From IMG/VR virus record IMGVR_UViG_3300029839_000006: a stretch of 38,491 nt of DNA. The stretch is one strand, 5' to 3'. The stretch comes from a virus. Below are positions 7,026 to 17,155 of this stretch, one piece after another. Position 1 is the stretch's first letter; every line of letters starts with the position of its first letter. The notes beneath the pieces were generated by a model. It did not search any database, was not told the DNA's origin, and was given only the letters and a program-made list of their open reading frames with translations. Made by a program: the position numbers and the translations under genes.

Positions 7026-8119
7026 GACCCTCCCTCCGTCTCGGTGACGAAGCCGGAGCGGATGAAGCGGCGGGCCTTGCCCGTCACCGCGCAGTGGCCT
7101 CCGACCTCTATCTCCTGCTCCGTTATCGCACCGCGCCAATTTAGCCCGGCGGTGAGATAGTCGATGCCGACCGCGTCGTTGGGCAGCAGCGGTACCCACG
7201 GGTGGCCCCACTCGACGTACTCGATGGACGAGGAGTTGTCCACGAGTTTCGTCTTCGCCTTGGCCTTGAGGGCATCTAGGCGCTCGTCCTTGGTGGCTCC
7301 CGTGAGCTCCGTCACCTGGTCGACGAGCGGGACCTCGTAGCCCCTGTACGGGATGGACGCGCGTGAGTTGGGGTCGGTGTTCCGGCACACGGCCCAGAGG
7401 CTCTCCTCCTCCGTCTCGTAGGTCAGGTACACGGCGTTGGGTATGTCGTCCGCGTTGTCCGATCTGGATACCTCGGGGAGCATGATGGAGTCTTCGCCGT
7501 CGTTGAACGTGCGCACCGGCTTGCGCGCCTGCGGCTCGACGTACGGGACCATCTGGATAACTCCGTATGCGTCGGGGTAGGCCGATGCGAACCCGGCCAT
7601 GGCGAGGAGGTCGTTGGCTATCTTCAGCCAGCTGTCGTCCGGCTCGTACACCACGTCCCTCGGCAGGACGTAGTCGCAGCGCGGCTCGTTCGTCCGGAGG
7701 CCGAGGCGCTTGAAGATGCCGTCGGCGTGCGCGACCGCGTTAGTCCCCGCCTTCACCGTGTAGTAGCGGCCGTACTTCCCCTTGACCGCGAGGCGCAGCG
7801 TCGATTCGAGGTCGACGCTGCCGGATACCAGAGGCCCGTTGTATTTCGGCGTGCCGATGCTGCAGAAGTACGTGCCGAGGGCGAACGTCCCCGCCTCGCC
7901 GCGCTCGTCCTCCATCTGGTAGTACACGCGCACGAGGTCGTGCTCGTCTGGTATGGCGCTGCCGGAGAAGTCGAGCGTGCCCTGGGAGCGGAGCTGCGAT
8001 AGCGCGGAGTGCGTGAGCCGCCCGCCCGTGAACATGCCGTAGTCCTCGGCCTCGACGAGGCCGGGCCACGTCACGCGGCGGTAGATGTACGACTCCTGCC
8101 GGAAACCTGTCCAGATCAC
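7019..8119 (-). CDS. Tail-associated / baseplate hub protein (Tal N-terminal gp27-like), 366 aa.
   Basis: Size and position after the Dit-like gene. GTG start overlaps the upstream stop (GTGA). No catalytic motif recognised. Confidence 0.45.
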   Translation of the reverse strand: MIWTGFRQESYIYRRVTWPGLVEAEDYGMFTGGRLTHSALSQLRSQGTLDFSGSAIPDEHDLVRVYYQMEDERGEAGTFALGTYFCSIGTPKYNGPLVSGSVDLESTLRLAVKGKYGRYYTVKAGTNAVAHADGIFKRLGLRTNEPRCDYVLPRDVVYEPDDSWLKIANDLLAMAGFASAYPDAYGVIQMVPYVEPQARKPVRTFNDGEDSIMLPEVSRSDNADDIPNAVYLTYETEEESLWAVCRNTDPNSRASIPYRGYEVPLVDQVTELTGATKDERLDALKAKAKTKLVDNSSSIEYVEWGHPWVPLLPNDAVGIDYLTAGLNWRGAITEQEIEVGGHCAVTGKARRFIRSGFVTETEGGSW

Positions 8120-10536
8120 AGGGCCTCACCGTCCACCCTCGTCAGCGAGAGGCTGATGTCGGCATGCGTCGTCGGCATGCACAGGTCGCGGTTCACGCTC
8201 ACGTCGGCGGCGACGTGGAACACGTCACCTGCCACGCTCTTGAAGATGGCGCGCGGGTAGAGGATGAGGTCCTCGAAGGCGCGAACCTCCTCCTCGCCTA
8301 TGACGTGCGCGGTCAGCGGACGGGTGTCGCTGATGCCGCCCGCGTCGTATAGGACGGGATGGGACCTGCCCGCGTAGCGCACGAGCGTGCGGTTGGCGCG
8401 CTCGAGGTTGCGCTGCTCGGTCGGGTCGAACTGCGCTCGGGCCATGAGGCCGTCGCCGTAGTAGACGAAGCAGTAGGGCGTCTTGATGCTGCCCGGGTGC
8501 TCCGTCGCCCTCGATGCACCCGAGGCGGCATACGCCGCCACGCGGTAGCTGTACTCGGTGTTCAGCGGCGCGTAGCGGTCGACCACCGACGAGCCGTCGG
8601 ACAGGTCGGAGGCGATCAGCCTCTCACCGTCGCGCGTGACGCGCCAGATGCTAAGGCTATCGACGTCCTGCCCCTCGTCGTTATTGTCTACGATGCACTG
8701 CAGCTCGGCGTATCCGCGCTCGATGTCGGCCTCGATGCGGAGGGAGGCGCGGCGCGGCAGCTCGAACTCAACGCGGAAGGGCATGGAGGCCGTAGACTGC
8801 AGGCCGCTCGTGCTTCGCGCCGTGGCCACGATTCGGTACTCGCCGCCGTCCTCCGGCATCCACTCGTCCTTGGTGACGCTCGTGGCCGTGGAGGTGCCGA
8901 GCGCCTCCTCGTAGAGCACGTTGCCGCCCATATCGGTAATGGCCACGGCCATGGCCGCGAGCGCGCCGGATGCGTCGACGTACTGCACGCTCACGCCGAC
9001 CGGCACGTTGCGCACGGTCTGGCCGGGCGCGTCGAAGGCGAGCTGCGGTGGCTGCCGGACGTGGAACGAGCTGTTGCCGGACCACGGTCCGAAGTCGGCG
9101 TGCACGCCCTTGGTGCGCACGCGCCAGTAGACCGTAGAGTTGAGGGGGAAGTTCGGCACGCTCGCGCTCTGGGCGGTCGCGGCCGTGACGGTCTTCCATG
9201 AGGCACCGTCCGTGGAGTACTGGACCTCGGCCGCCCTCTGCGCGGAGCCGTCGATGGGGTTGTGGTGCCACGTGAACGTGACCCTTCCCTGCGAGACGAG
9301 CAGCACCTGGCCGCTCGTCGGCGTGAGGAGCGTCGGTGCCGCCGGGGCGCAGATCGTGACGATGGCCTCGGACGGCTCGGACCACGCGGAGACGAGGCTG
9401 CCTCGCAAGTTGCGCGCGCGGTAGTAGAACGTGCCGCCTCCGGGGTTGTCGCCGAACGACAGCGCCTTGCCGGTCACCGTGGCGATGGTGGTCCAGTCCT
9501 TGCGGTCGCGCGAGCGCTGAATCTCGGTGGCGCTCGCGGTGCGCGACAGGTTCGGGATGGTCAGCTCGACGGAGGTGTCTCCCGTGCGCTGGCCGCTCGG
9601 CTTGAACGGCGCGGACGGCGTGTTGAACGTGCGGTCGGTCATGACGCGCTCGGAGTAGCCGCTCTCGTTGTACGCGCGGACCAGATAGCGGTAGTAGTGG
9701 TCGGCCGAGCACGTCGGGTCTGTGTAGGAGGATGCCGAGCCGCTCACGTGGGCGATCTGGACGGAGCCGCCCCCGTCCGTGCTGCGCTCGATGCGCACCT
9801 CGGAGTAGGGGGCCTCGTCCGTGGCGTGGTTGGCCCACGTTATGAGGTTCTTCTCGTCGCTCAAGCGCTCGACCTTGGCACCGCTCGGCGCTGCGGGCTT
9901 CTCGGGCGGGTTGCGCAGCGTCTCGGTGTAGGAGTGGCCACCGGCGTTTCCGGCCGTGTTGTACGCGCCGATACGGTAGCGGTACGTATGGTTCGGGCGC
10001 ACCGTCTCGTCGCTGTACTCCGTCTTGTCGCCGCCCGGCTTGGCGATGTTCTCCCACTCGCCGCCGTCGGTCTGGCGGTCGACGTAGATGCCGTCGTACG
10101 GTCGGGCCGCCGTGGTGTTGCGCGTCCACGTGATTACGTTGAGCGTCTGGGACTTGCGCACGGCCTTGGCGTTGCTCGGCGTCTGGGGAGTCCAGACCGG
10201 GGCCGAGGGCCTGAAGGTGTCCCTGCACGTCGACTTGCGGAAGGTGCCGGAGTAGCTCGTGTACCACGCCGAGCACTCGCGCGTGACGTGGTCTCCGTAG
10301 TTGACCCAGCCGACGTCGAGCCAGCCGGAATCGCCGTACCAGCCGGGGCCGTACATGCGGTACTGGCCGCCCCACGAGCGGTTGAGGATGGTGCCCTGCA
10401 TGTCGCCGCACTTGACATAGGAGCTGTACTTGACCTGCACGTAGCAGGAGTTCTCGCCGTACTCCTTGATCTTCCACTCGATATATGTGTTCCAGGCGGT
10501 CTGGCCCGTAGGCCAGACCTCGTTGCCCCATGCCAT
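8116..10536 (-). CDS. Distal tail protein-like structural protein (806 aa) with multiple fibronectin type III repeats.
   Basis: Immediately follows the tape measure (TAAATG junction). Repeated ~90-aa units contain YRYRIGAYN / YRYLVRAYN / YYRARN FN3-like signatures. Confidence 0.5.
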   Translation of the reverse strand: MAWGNEVWPTGQTAWNTYIEWKIKEYGENSCYVQVKYSSYVKCGDMQGTILNRSWGGQYRMYGPGWYGDSGWLDVGWVNYGDHVTRECSAWYTSYSGTFRKSTCRDTFRPSAPVWTPQTPSNAKAVRKSQTLNVITWTRNTTAARPYDGIYVDRQTDGGEWENIAKPGGDKTEYSDETVRPNHTYRYRIGAYNTAGNAGGHSYTETLRNPPEKPAAPSGAKVERLSDEKNLITWANHATDEAPYSEVRIERSTDGGGSVQIAHVSGSASSYTDPTCSADHYYRYLVRAYNESGYSERVMTDRTFNTPSAPFKPSGQRTGDTSVELTIPNLSRTASATEIQRSRDRKDWTTIATVTGKALSFGDNPGGGTFYYRARNLRGSLVSAWSEPSEAIVTICAPAAPTLLTPTSGQVLLVSQGRVTFTWHHNPIDGSAQRAAEVQYSTDGASWKTVTAATAQSASVPNFPLNSTVYWRVRTKGVHADFGPWSGNSSFHVRQPPQLAFDAPGQTVRNVPVGVSVQYVDASGALAAMAVAITDMGGNVLYEEALGTSTATSVTKDEWMPEDGGEYRIVATARSTSGLQSTASMPFRVEFELPRRASLRIEADIERGYAELQCIVDNNDEGQDVDSLSIWRVTRDGERLIASDLSDGSSVVDRYAPLNTEYSYRVAAYAASGASRATEHPGSIKTPYCFVYYGDGLMARAQFDPTEQRNLERANRTLVRYAGRSHPVLYDAGGISDTRPLTAHVIGEEEVRAFEDLILYPRAIFKSVAGDVFHVAADVSVNRDLCMPTTHADISLSLTRVDGEAL

Positions 10537-13500
10537 TTACATCCCTGCCTTCGCCTTGCGGACGGTCTGGAAGAAGTCGTTGAGTGTCATGAACTCGCTT
10601 ATCGAGGAGGCGTCGATCTTGACGTCGCCCAGCGAGTAGTAGTTGTTGACCACGGTGGTCTTGGTGCCGCCGTTGCCCGTGTAGGCCACGTTGCCGTCGA
10701 GCTGCGCCGTGGCCATGAGGCGCTTGGCGCTGTCCCTCACGTCCGCGCGGGCCTCGAGCATGCCGTGGGCGAAGTTCTCGCCGAGGTGGCGTCCAGAGGT
10801 CTCGCCGCCCTTCTCGGCACCGGACCAGGGGCCATCCTCCGGCACGGAGAAGCCCATGACGCTCTTGGCCGCATTGACCAGCGACGTGGCGAAGCTGCGG
10901 ACGGAGTTCCACGCCGAGCCGATGCCGCTGGCGAACTGCTTGCCGAGGTGCGAGCCGCTCGTGTACGCGCTCCACCCGCTCGCGCCGGAGGAGGCGCTGC
11001 TGGCGAGCGACGAGCCGCTCGACCTCGATGCCCACGCCGCCAAGCCGACGCACCGTGCGTAGTTCGAACCGGCGGAGCTGCCCGTGCCGCCGAGGTCGCC
11101 GGGGGAGGAGGAGACGCCGGACTTGGCGTTGCTGGCCAGCGAGCGCGCGTTGGCGTTCGCGCTTCTGGACGCGGAGCCGATGCCGCTGGCGAACAGCGCA
11201 CCCGCCGATGTGCCCGTGCTGGATGCGTCGCCGGGCGCGGGGGCGATGCCGCCGGACACGGCCGCTCGCAGCCCTGCGGCGTTGCTGGATGTCTGTTGCG
11301 TGTTGTCGGCGATGCCCTGCGCGAAGCCAGCTCCTGCGGAGTTGCCCGTCGCGGATGCATCGGCGGGGGCGGTGGAGATGCCGCCCGCCAGCGCTGCGGC
11401 CAGCGCGGCCGCGTTGCCCTCGGTCAGCGCGCCTCCGGTTGTGATGCCCTCGGCGAACAGCGCACCGGCGAGGGTTCCCGCGTCGGAGCCGCCCTGCTTG
11501 GCCTCGTCGAGGCCGCCGACGGCCTCACTGGCCTTTGCCGCCGCCACGTCGTAGGTGTCGCCCTGGGCGAGCGCGTTGGCGAAGACCGTCACGGCGGCGT
11601 CTCCGGCGATGCCGTAGTCGTCGCAGTTGCGCTTGAACTCCTCGAGCGTGGAACCGGTGACCTGCTGGGCCGCGCCGATAGCGCTCTGCGCGCCCGCGCT
11701 TAGGCCGCTGGCCCAGTTGTCGGCCGCCGCCTGCCCCTGCGTCTTGCACTTGATGCCCATGTCGCCGAGGGCCTTGCTGATGCTCCCGGTGGTGCCGTCC
11801 CACGAGGCGGACAGCTTGATCAGCTGCTCGTCGTTCAGGCTCTGGAAGTCCTCGACGCTGATTCCGGCATTTTGGAGGTCGTCGCAGAACTGGCCGAGGT
11901 CCTTGTCGAGGCCGAGGAACGCGGAGGAGACGGCCGGGGACGCCGCAGCGAGGTCCCTCACGCTCGCGGTGGCCCCGTCTGCCACGGCCACGGATGCGCC
12001 GAGGCTTTCCGTGACGGTGTCGATGGAGTTGTTCACCGCGCCGAGCGCGGCCTTGGCCTCGTCAAGCGCCTTGCCCTGCTTCGAGTAGCTCATGGTCAGC
12101 TCGGCCTGCTCGCGCGTCATCTGCGGGTTGTTCTTCATGCAGCGGTTGACTTCGTCGTTGTAGTCCTTCTGGGCCACGGCGAGCGTCTGGATGTCCTGCG
12201 CCTGCTGCTCGTAGAGGGCCGTCAGGTTCGACTGCTGCGCGTCTATCCTGATCTGCTCTAGCTTCTTCTCGACGTACTCGCCGAGCGCCCCGGTGACGTC
12301 GCTGATTGCGCCGTGCTCGTCGGCGAGCTTGCCGTTCGCCTGGTCGACGACGCTTATCTGCGTGCCGCACATCGAGTTGACCGTATCGACCGCAGCGCGC
12401 AGGCGGCCCTGCGCCTCGGTGCTCAAGTCGCTCTTGTTCGCGTACTCCCTGATGGTGTCGTACGCGGCCGTGAGCTGTGCCGATTGCGCGGCGGCCGACG
12501 TGTTGGTCTCCTTGAGCGTGCTGGCGAGCTGCGCCTGGCTCTCGAGCATCTTGTCGACGTCGGCCTTGGCGCTGCCCGTGGAGCCCGTGAGGACGTCGAA
12601 GGCCCCGGCCTCCTCCTTGACCTCGTTCTTGGCCCCAGCGGCTGCGGCCTCCAGCTCGGTGGTCGATGCCTTCAGGTTATCGGCGTGCTTCTTGGCGTCC
12701 TCCATGCTCTGGATGAACATGCCCACCGCGCCGATCGCGAGCGCCGGGCCGACGGCGGCGAGGGCGAGCTTGGCCACGTCTGCGGCCTTCGCCCACATCA
12801 TGAGTCCGGCGGCATGGCTCTTCGTGGCGGCCTCGGACGTCTTGGCCGCTGCGGCCTCCTGCCTGTATCCGTTCACCAGCCCGTTCGACTGGTTCATGGC
12901 GTTGCGCTTCTCGACGACTTCCTTCTTGAGGCTCTCGACGAGTTCGGCGTTGGCCTTGCTGCCCTTCTTCTGCTCGTTCGACAGCTTGCGGACGGCCGTG
13001 TTGTACTTGGACGTGTCGCTGTTGGCGTTGCGCACGGCCTCGACGTACTTCTCGACGCCGCCAGCCGCCTTGGCCGCCGGGTTCTTCTCGAGGGCCTTGC
13101 TCAACTTCTCGTTGCTGCTGTAGGTCTTCAGCGCCGAGGCGTTGGTGGTGGTCAGCGCGTCCGCGTAGACGCCCCACTCCTGCTTGGCCTTGCCCACGGC
13201 CGTGACGGCGTTGCCCACGGTCTTGACGATTCGCCCGCTCGTCGTGAGGACGGGCGAGGCGGCTGCTGCGACGGCGGCGAGCGTGATGATATTGCGCTGC
13301 GCGCCCTCGTCCATGTCGGCGAAGCCCTGCGTCACGTCCTCGACGGCCTCGAACAGCGGCTCGGCCGCGTCGACGGCGTCGGTTGCGGCGTTTACCAGCG
13401 GCGTGCCGATGTCCTCGGCCACCGCCGTGACCTTGTTCTGCAGTATCTCCAGCTTTGCGGCCATGGAGTCGTTTCGGTTGTTGACCTCGTCCTGCAGCGC

Positions 13501-14562
13501 CGTGTTCTCGCGCCAGCCGTCGTTGGATACCTGCAGCGCCTGGCTCACGAGGTCCGTGTTGCCAGCGAGGCGCTTGAGCACGTCGGTCTGCCTGATTCCG
13601 GTCACGCCCATGGACTCAAGCGCCACGGTCATATTCTCGGCGCTGTTGGTGCCCTTGAGGAGGGCCAGCATGGTGTCGGTGGCGCTCGTCCTCCAGCTCT
13701 GGGCGAACTGGTCGGCGCTCATTCCGGCGATGGACGCGAACGAGTCGAGCGCGTCGCCTCCGGTTGCCACGGCCTTGTCGATGGATGCGACGGTGTTGGA
13801 GAACGCCGTGCCACCGGCCTCGGCCTCGATGCCGAGGGAGGACATGGCACCGGACCATCCGAGGATGTCCGGCGTGCTCATGCCGACTTGGTTGGATGCG
13901 GCAGCGATGCGCTGCCCCATGGACGAGACGCTTGATTCGGTTGTGGCGAGGTTGTTGCCGAGGTTGACGATGGCCGAGCCGTAGCGGCTCACGTCGGCGT
14001 GCGACATCTTCACGATGTTGGCGAACTGCGCCAGCTCGGTGGCCGCCTGCTCGGCGTTCATGTCGGTGGCGATGTCCAGACCGGATACCACGCGCGAGAA
14101 CTCGTCCAGCTCGTCGATGGAGAAGCCGAGCTGCGCGCCCAGCGCCTGGATGTCGAGAATCTGGTCGGCGCTCACCGCGTTGGTCTTGGAGAACTCGATG
14201 GCCGATTCCTTGAGCTGGCGGTACTGCTCCTCGGTGCCGTCCACGGTCTTGCGCACGCCCGTGAGGGACGTGTCGATCTTGACGGCCGCAGCGCCCGTGG
14301 CCACGCCGACGGCGGCGATGGCTGCGGAGATGGGCATCATCTTCTGCCCGGCCTGCTCCACGCGCTCGCCGTAGTTGTATATCTCGCCTCCGGCCTTTGC
14401 TAGCTTGGAGCCGCTGCTCACGAGCTTGCCGCCGACAGTCTCTAGGTTGCCACCGGCGGCCACGGCCTTCTTGGACAGGCTGTCGAGACGCCTCTCCGCC
14501 TTCTCCAGCGCGGAGCCGTTGTAGGAGCCTGTGACGGCGATGGAGATTGATGCCTTACCCAT
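10537..14562 (-). CDS. Tail tape measure protein (1341 aa, TP901-family core).
   Basis: Length, and the core region ...SADQILDIQALGAQLGFSIDEL...SAIVNLGNNLATTESSVSSMGQRIAAA. C-terminal Gly/Ser/Ala-rich repeats. Confidence 0.85.
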   Translation of the reverse strand: MGKASISIAVTGSYNGSALEKAERRLDSLSKKAVAAGGNLETVGGKLVSSGSKLAKAGGEIYNYGERVEQAGQKMMPISAAIAAVGVATGAAAVKIDTSLTGVRKTVDGTEEQYRQLKESAIEFSKTNAVSADQILDIQALGAQLGFSIDELDEFSRVVSGLDIATDMNAEQAATELAQFANIVKMSHADVSRYGSAIVNLGNNLATTESSVSSMGQRIAAASNQVGMSTPDILGWSGAMSSLGIEAEAGGTAFSNTVASIDKAVATGGDALDSFASIAGMSADQFAQSWRTSATDTMLALLKGTNSAENMTVALESMGVTGIRQTDVLKRLAGNTDLVSQALQVSNDGWRENTALQDEVNNRNDSMAAKLEILQNKVTAVAEDIGTPLVNAATDAVDAAEPLFEAVEDVTQGFADMDEGAQRNIITLAAVAAAASPVLTTSGRIVKTVGNAVTAVGKAKQEWGVYADALTTTNASALKTYSSNEKLSKALEKNPAAKAAGGVEKYVEAVRNANSDTSKYNTAVRKLSNEQKKGSKANAELVESLKKEVVEKRNAMNQSNGLVNGYRQEAAAAKTSEAATKSHAAGLMMWAKAADVAKLALAAVGPALAIGAVGMFIQSMEDAKKHADNLKASTTELEAAAAGAKNEVKEEAGAFDVLTGSTGSAKADVDKMLESQAQLASTLKETNTSAAAQSAQLTAAYDTIREYANKSDLSTEAQGRLRAAVDTVNSMCGTQISVVDQANGKLADEHGAISDVTGALGEYVEKKLEQIRIDAQQSNLTALYEQQAQDIQTLAVAQKDYNDEVNRCMKNNPQMTREQAELTMSYSKQGKALDEAKAALGAVNNSIDTVTESLGASVAVADGATASVRDLAAASPAVSSAFLGLDKDLGQFCDDLQNAGISVEDFQSLNDEQLIKLSASWDGTTGSISKALGDMGIKCKTQGQAAADNWASGLSAGAQSAIGAAQQVTGSTLEEFKRNCDDYGIAGDAAVTVFANALAQGDTYDVAAAKASEAVGGLDEAKQGGSDAGTLAGALFAEGITTGGALTEGNAAALAAALAGGISTAPADASATGNSAGAGFAQGIADNTQQTSSNAAGLRAAVSGGIAPAPGDASSTGTSAGALFASGIGSASRSANANARSLASNAKSGVSSSPGDLGGTGSSAGSNYARCVGLAAWASRSSGSSLASSASSGASGWSAYTSGSHLGKQFASGIGSAWNSVRSFATSLVNAAKSVMGFSVPEDGPWSGAEKGGETSGRHLGENFAHGMLEARADVRDSAKRLMATAQLDGNVAYTGNGGTKTTVVNNYYSLGDVKIDASSISEFMTLNDFFQTVRKAKAGM

Positions 14563-14980
14563 TTAGGTACCTCTGGATTACTTTCTCGATGCGCGACTCC
14601 ACGCGGTCGCGCACCTCGTCCTCGTATTCGTCGACGGCGCGCATGAGCGCGCGCGGTTTCCCGGCATGGGGCACGCCCATGCGCCTGCCCGCCCTGGGGC
14701 CGTTCAGGTAGAAAGCGCCGGGGTTTGCGAACTCGATGGGGCCTGCTCCGGGGTCGCTGTTGGCGATCTTCACGCCCGCCGATATGGTCCGCATCGAGGC
14801 GTTGGCGGCGTACTGCCCGGAGCCGCCGAGGCCGCGCGCGTAGGATTGATAGGCTGCAAAAAGGGGCCGCACGTCCTCGCGCAGCCCCCTCTTTACTTCC
14901 TTCGGCAGCTCGCGGTCGATTTCGCGGAGGCCCTTCAGCGTCTCCGCGAGGCCCTCGACCCTGATGCTCAAGCTGCTCAT
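14555..14980 (-). CDS. Hypothetical tail protein (141 aa), possibly HK97 gp10-like.
   Basis: ATG at 14980 with a GGAGG RBS, overlapping the T-extension stop as ATGA. N-terminal SIRVEGLAETLKGLREIDRELPK pattern. Its position between G/T and TMP is unusual. Confidence 0.4.
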   Translation of the reverse strand: MSSLSIRVEGLAETLKGLREIDRELPKEVKRGLREDVRPLFAAYQSYARGLGGSGQYAANASMRTISAGVKIANSDPGAGPIEFANPGAFYLNGPRAGRRMGVPHAGKPRALMRAVDEYEDEVRDRVESRIEKVIQRYLNG

Positions 14981-15488
14981 CTCTTCCTCCCCATGCGGTC
15001 GAACAGGCGCTGCACGCGCTCGCCCCTCGTCCTCTCGCGCTTGGCCGCGAAGCCCTCGCCGCGACGGTCGAACAGGGCCAGCCACTCCTCGAAGACGAAC
15101 GGGTACTCGTCCAGGAGGCGCGCCATGTCGTATGGGGAGGCCCCGGTGATTCTCGCGGCGCTTGCTACTTGGCGGGCGCAGATGCTAAAGGGGCGTCCTT
15201 CTCCTTGGCGAGGAGCTTGGTGTTGTCGTCGATAACGACGGCGTCGTAGGTGTCGGCGATGTACTCGGCGGCCTCGGCCAGCTCCATGCCCTCGATGCCG
15301 ACCTCCTTGGCCTTGCCCGCCTGCTCGGCGGCGATCACGCACCACACGAAGTCGTTGTATGCGGCCTTGTGCGGGGAGTCTGGGATGGATGCCATGGCGT
15401 CGATGGACTTCCAGTTGGAGGTGCGGCCCGCATCGAACTCGATTGGGTCGTTGTCGCCGTCGGTGAGGGTGAAGTGGAACTTGAGCAT
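14977..15488 (-). CDS. Tail assembly chaperone G-T fusion made by a programmed -1 ribosomal frameshift at heptamer CCCTTTA (minus strand, 15192-15186).
   Basis: A perfect X XXY YYZ slippery heptamer (C CCT TTA) sits 19 nt before the gpG stop. The -1 frame is open to 14977 and encodes ...PFSICARQVASAARITG... Confidence 0.6.
15165..15488 (-). CDS. Tail assembly chaperone (gpG-like), 107 aa.
   Basis: Lies between the major tail and tape measure genes. An overlapping -1 frame ORF (14977-15345) indicates a G/T frameshift. Confidence 0.7.
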   Translation of the reverse strand: MLKFHFTLTDGDNDPIEFDAGRTSNWKSIDAMASIPDSPHKAAYNDFVWCVIAAEQAGKAKEVGIEGMELAEAAEYIADTYDAVVIDDNTKLLAKEKDAPLASAPAK

Positions 15489-15498
15489 TTAGTGCCTC

Positions 15499-16515
15499 CT
15501 AGGCTGCTGCGTAGGTCTGAACCTTGTTGACGATGGTGATGGTCACGGGGGAGCCGTCCTTGGCCGCCACGCCGATGTCGTCGGCGCTGAACTCGACCTC
15601 GGCGGCGCTGCCCTCGGGGTCGATCTCGGGCGTCTCGCAGTTCCACGGGACGTTGCTGAAGACGACGCTCATGGTGCAGTTGGGGTCTTGCGAGTGGGTG
15701 AACTCCCATGCGGCGGAGCCGTAGACGACCTTGTTGGTCACGGTCGTGCCGTTCTCGCTGCCCGTGAGGACCTTGCGAATCTCGGTGTAGTCCTCGGGGA
15801 TGATGGTCTGCTTCACCGTGGTCTTGAGCTTGGACTCGGCGACCTCGGATGCGATGACGCGCCCCGCGCCTCGGTAGGAGGTGAGGCTGTTGGACAGCTC
15901 GAACTCGCCCTTGGTCACCAGCACCTCGATGGGGGTCTGGTCGTTGGGGGAGAACTTGAACACGCCGTTGGTCGGGATGAAGTAGCCGTCGAAGCACGAG
16001 GGCTCCGTCTCGCCGGACCAGCCGCCGAACAGGGCGGCGTCGATGCCTGCGGCCGTGATGCCGATGTCGAGCGGCGCGTTGCCCTCGAAGGAGAGCGACA
16101 GCGTGTCGATCTTGCAGCCCGTGGCCTTGTGCACCGTGGCGGCCGACGTGTTGCCCACCTGGCCCCAGAAGGTCAGGAAGGGAATCTCGGAGCCGAGGGT
16201 GACCACGTGCTTGTAGTAGCCGGGCTTCTCGGCCGAGGTGGTGACGATGTTGCCCATGGCGGCGAGGATGTAGAGCGCAAGCGAGTCGGCGTAGGCCAGC
16301 GTCTCGAAGTCGACGGCCATGTTGACCTCGGAGACGTAGGCCCCGTTGGTGGTGTTGGCTCGCAGGCCGCAGGCCACGTTCTTCTGCTCGACGGTGCGCT
16401 CGGGCTTGATCAGGCCGCCGCCGGTGAGGCCGTGTCGGAACGTCGGCGTCGGCGCGGCCTTGGTCTTGGACTCCTGGCGGGCGACGCCGAGGAGGCCGAT
16501 GGATGTGTTAATCAT
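15499..16515 (-). CDS. Major tail protein (338 aa) with a C-terminal Ig-like domain.
   Basis: Its position before G/T. No sheath gene is present, so this is a siphovirus. C-terminal SAAEVEFSADDIGVAAKDGSPVTITIVNK is Ig-like. Confidence 0.7.
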   Translation of the reverse strand: MINTSIGLLGVARQESKTKAAPTPTFRHGLTGGGLIKPERTVEQKNVACGLRANTTNGAYVSEVNMAVDFETLAYADSLALYILAAMGNIVTTSAEKPGYYKHVVTLGSEIPFLTFWGQVGNTSAATVHKATGCKIDTLSLSFEGNAPLDIGITAAGIDAALFGGWSGETEPSCFDGYFIPTNGVFKFSPNDQTPIEVLVTKGEFELSNSLTSYRGAGRVIASEVAESKLKTTVKQTIIPEDYTEIRKVLTGSENGTTVTNKVVYGSAAWEFTHSQDPNCTMSVVFSNVPWNCETPEIDPEGSAAEVEFSADDIGVAAKDGSPVTITIVNKVQTYAAA

Positions 16516-16675
16516 CTGCCGTCTCCTTCTTGGACGTGCGGGACTCCTTCACGATTCCGTCCCGCTTCAGGATGGTCAGGAGGGACGTGGGCAGGCCCTC
16601 GACCTGCTCGCCCTTCTTCGCTCGATACGTGAGGCCGTTGTAGGTGGCCTCGAAACCCTTAGCCGCGCGAAGCAT
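16508..16675 (-). CDS. Possible small gene (55 aa: MLRAAKGFEATYNGLTYRAKKGEQVEGLPTSLLTILKRDGIVKESRTSKKETADD), not in the track.
   Basis: Fills the 144-bp gap upstream of the major tail gene. Its stop overlaps the major tail ATG (GATGATTAA). Composition is not Arg-rich. Confidence 0.3.
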   Translation of the reverse strand: MLRAAKGFEATYNGLTYRAKKGEQVEGLPTSLLTILKRDGIVKESRTSKKETADD

Positions 16676-17150
16676 TGCGCACCAGCTCCTTGAACTCTCT
16701 GGGGCAGGCCGAGAAGACCTTGCAGGTCACATCGACCTGGGCCGCCACCACGTACTTCTTGTCGGGGGTCGAGTCGTAGCCCGCGTCGCTCATGCGCGGA
16801 ATCGCGCAGTCGACCGCGCCGCCGAGAGTCGCGTCGGCGGCGATGCCGTAGCAAAGCGAGTTGACCCAGCGCTGCACGCTCTCGCGCGCGACGTCGAACT
16901 TGGCGTGCGTGGCGAACAGGTAGACGTGCAGCGTGAACTGCTTGGCGTACTCGGCGCTCGTGGCCCCGCCCGTCGTGCTGTCCATGTCGGCCAGCGGGTC
17001 GCACCACGCGAGGAACGGCGGGCGCTTCGGCGGGATGTGGTCGTGGACCTCGGGCACCTTGCCGCCGTCGCCGTACATGGCCAGCGCGCTCTCGGACAGC
17101 ACCAGCGACGCGCGCTCGAACAGGGCCGTGGCGGCCTCGGCGTAGGGCAT
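16659..17150 (-). CDS. Tail terminator / tail completion-like protein (163 aa).
   Basis: Position between the head-tail connector and the major tail gene. ATG at 17150. No family motif recognised with certainty. Confidence 0.4.
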   Translation of the reverse strand: MPYAEAATALFERASLVLSESALAMYGDGGKVPEVHDHIPPKRPPFLAWCDPLADMDSTTGGATSAEYAKQFTLHVYLFATHAKFDVARESVQRWVNSLCYGIAADATLGGAVDCAIPRMSDAGYDSTPDKKYVVAAQVDVTCKVFSACPREFKELVRNASRG

Positions 17151-17155
17151 GGCGA

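Noticed and set aside
11000-11500. Apparent DNA repeats inside the tape measure gene.
   Set aside because: They are degenerate Gly/Ser/Ala-coding repeats typical of tape measure C-terminal regions, not a mobile or regulatory element.
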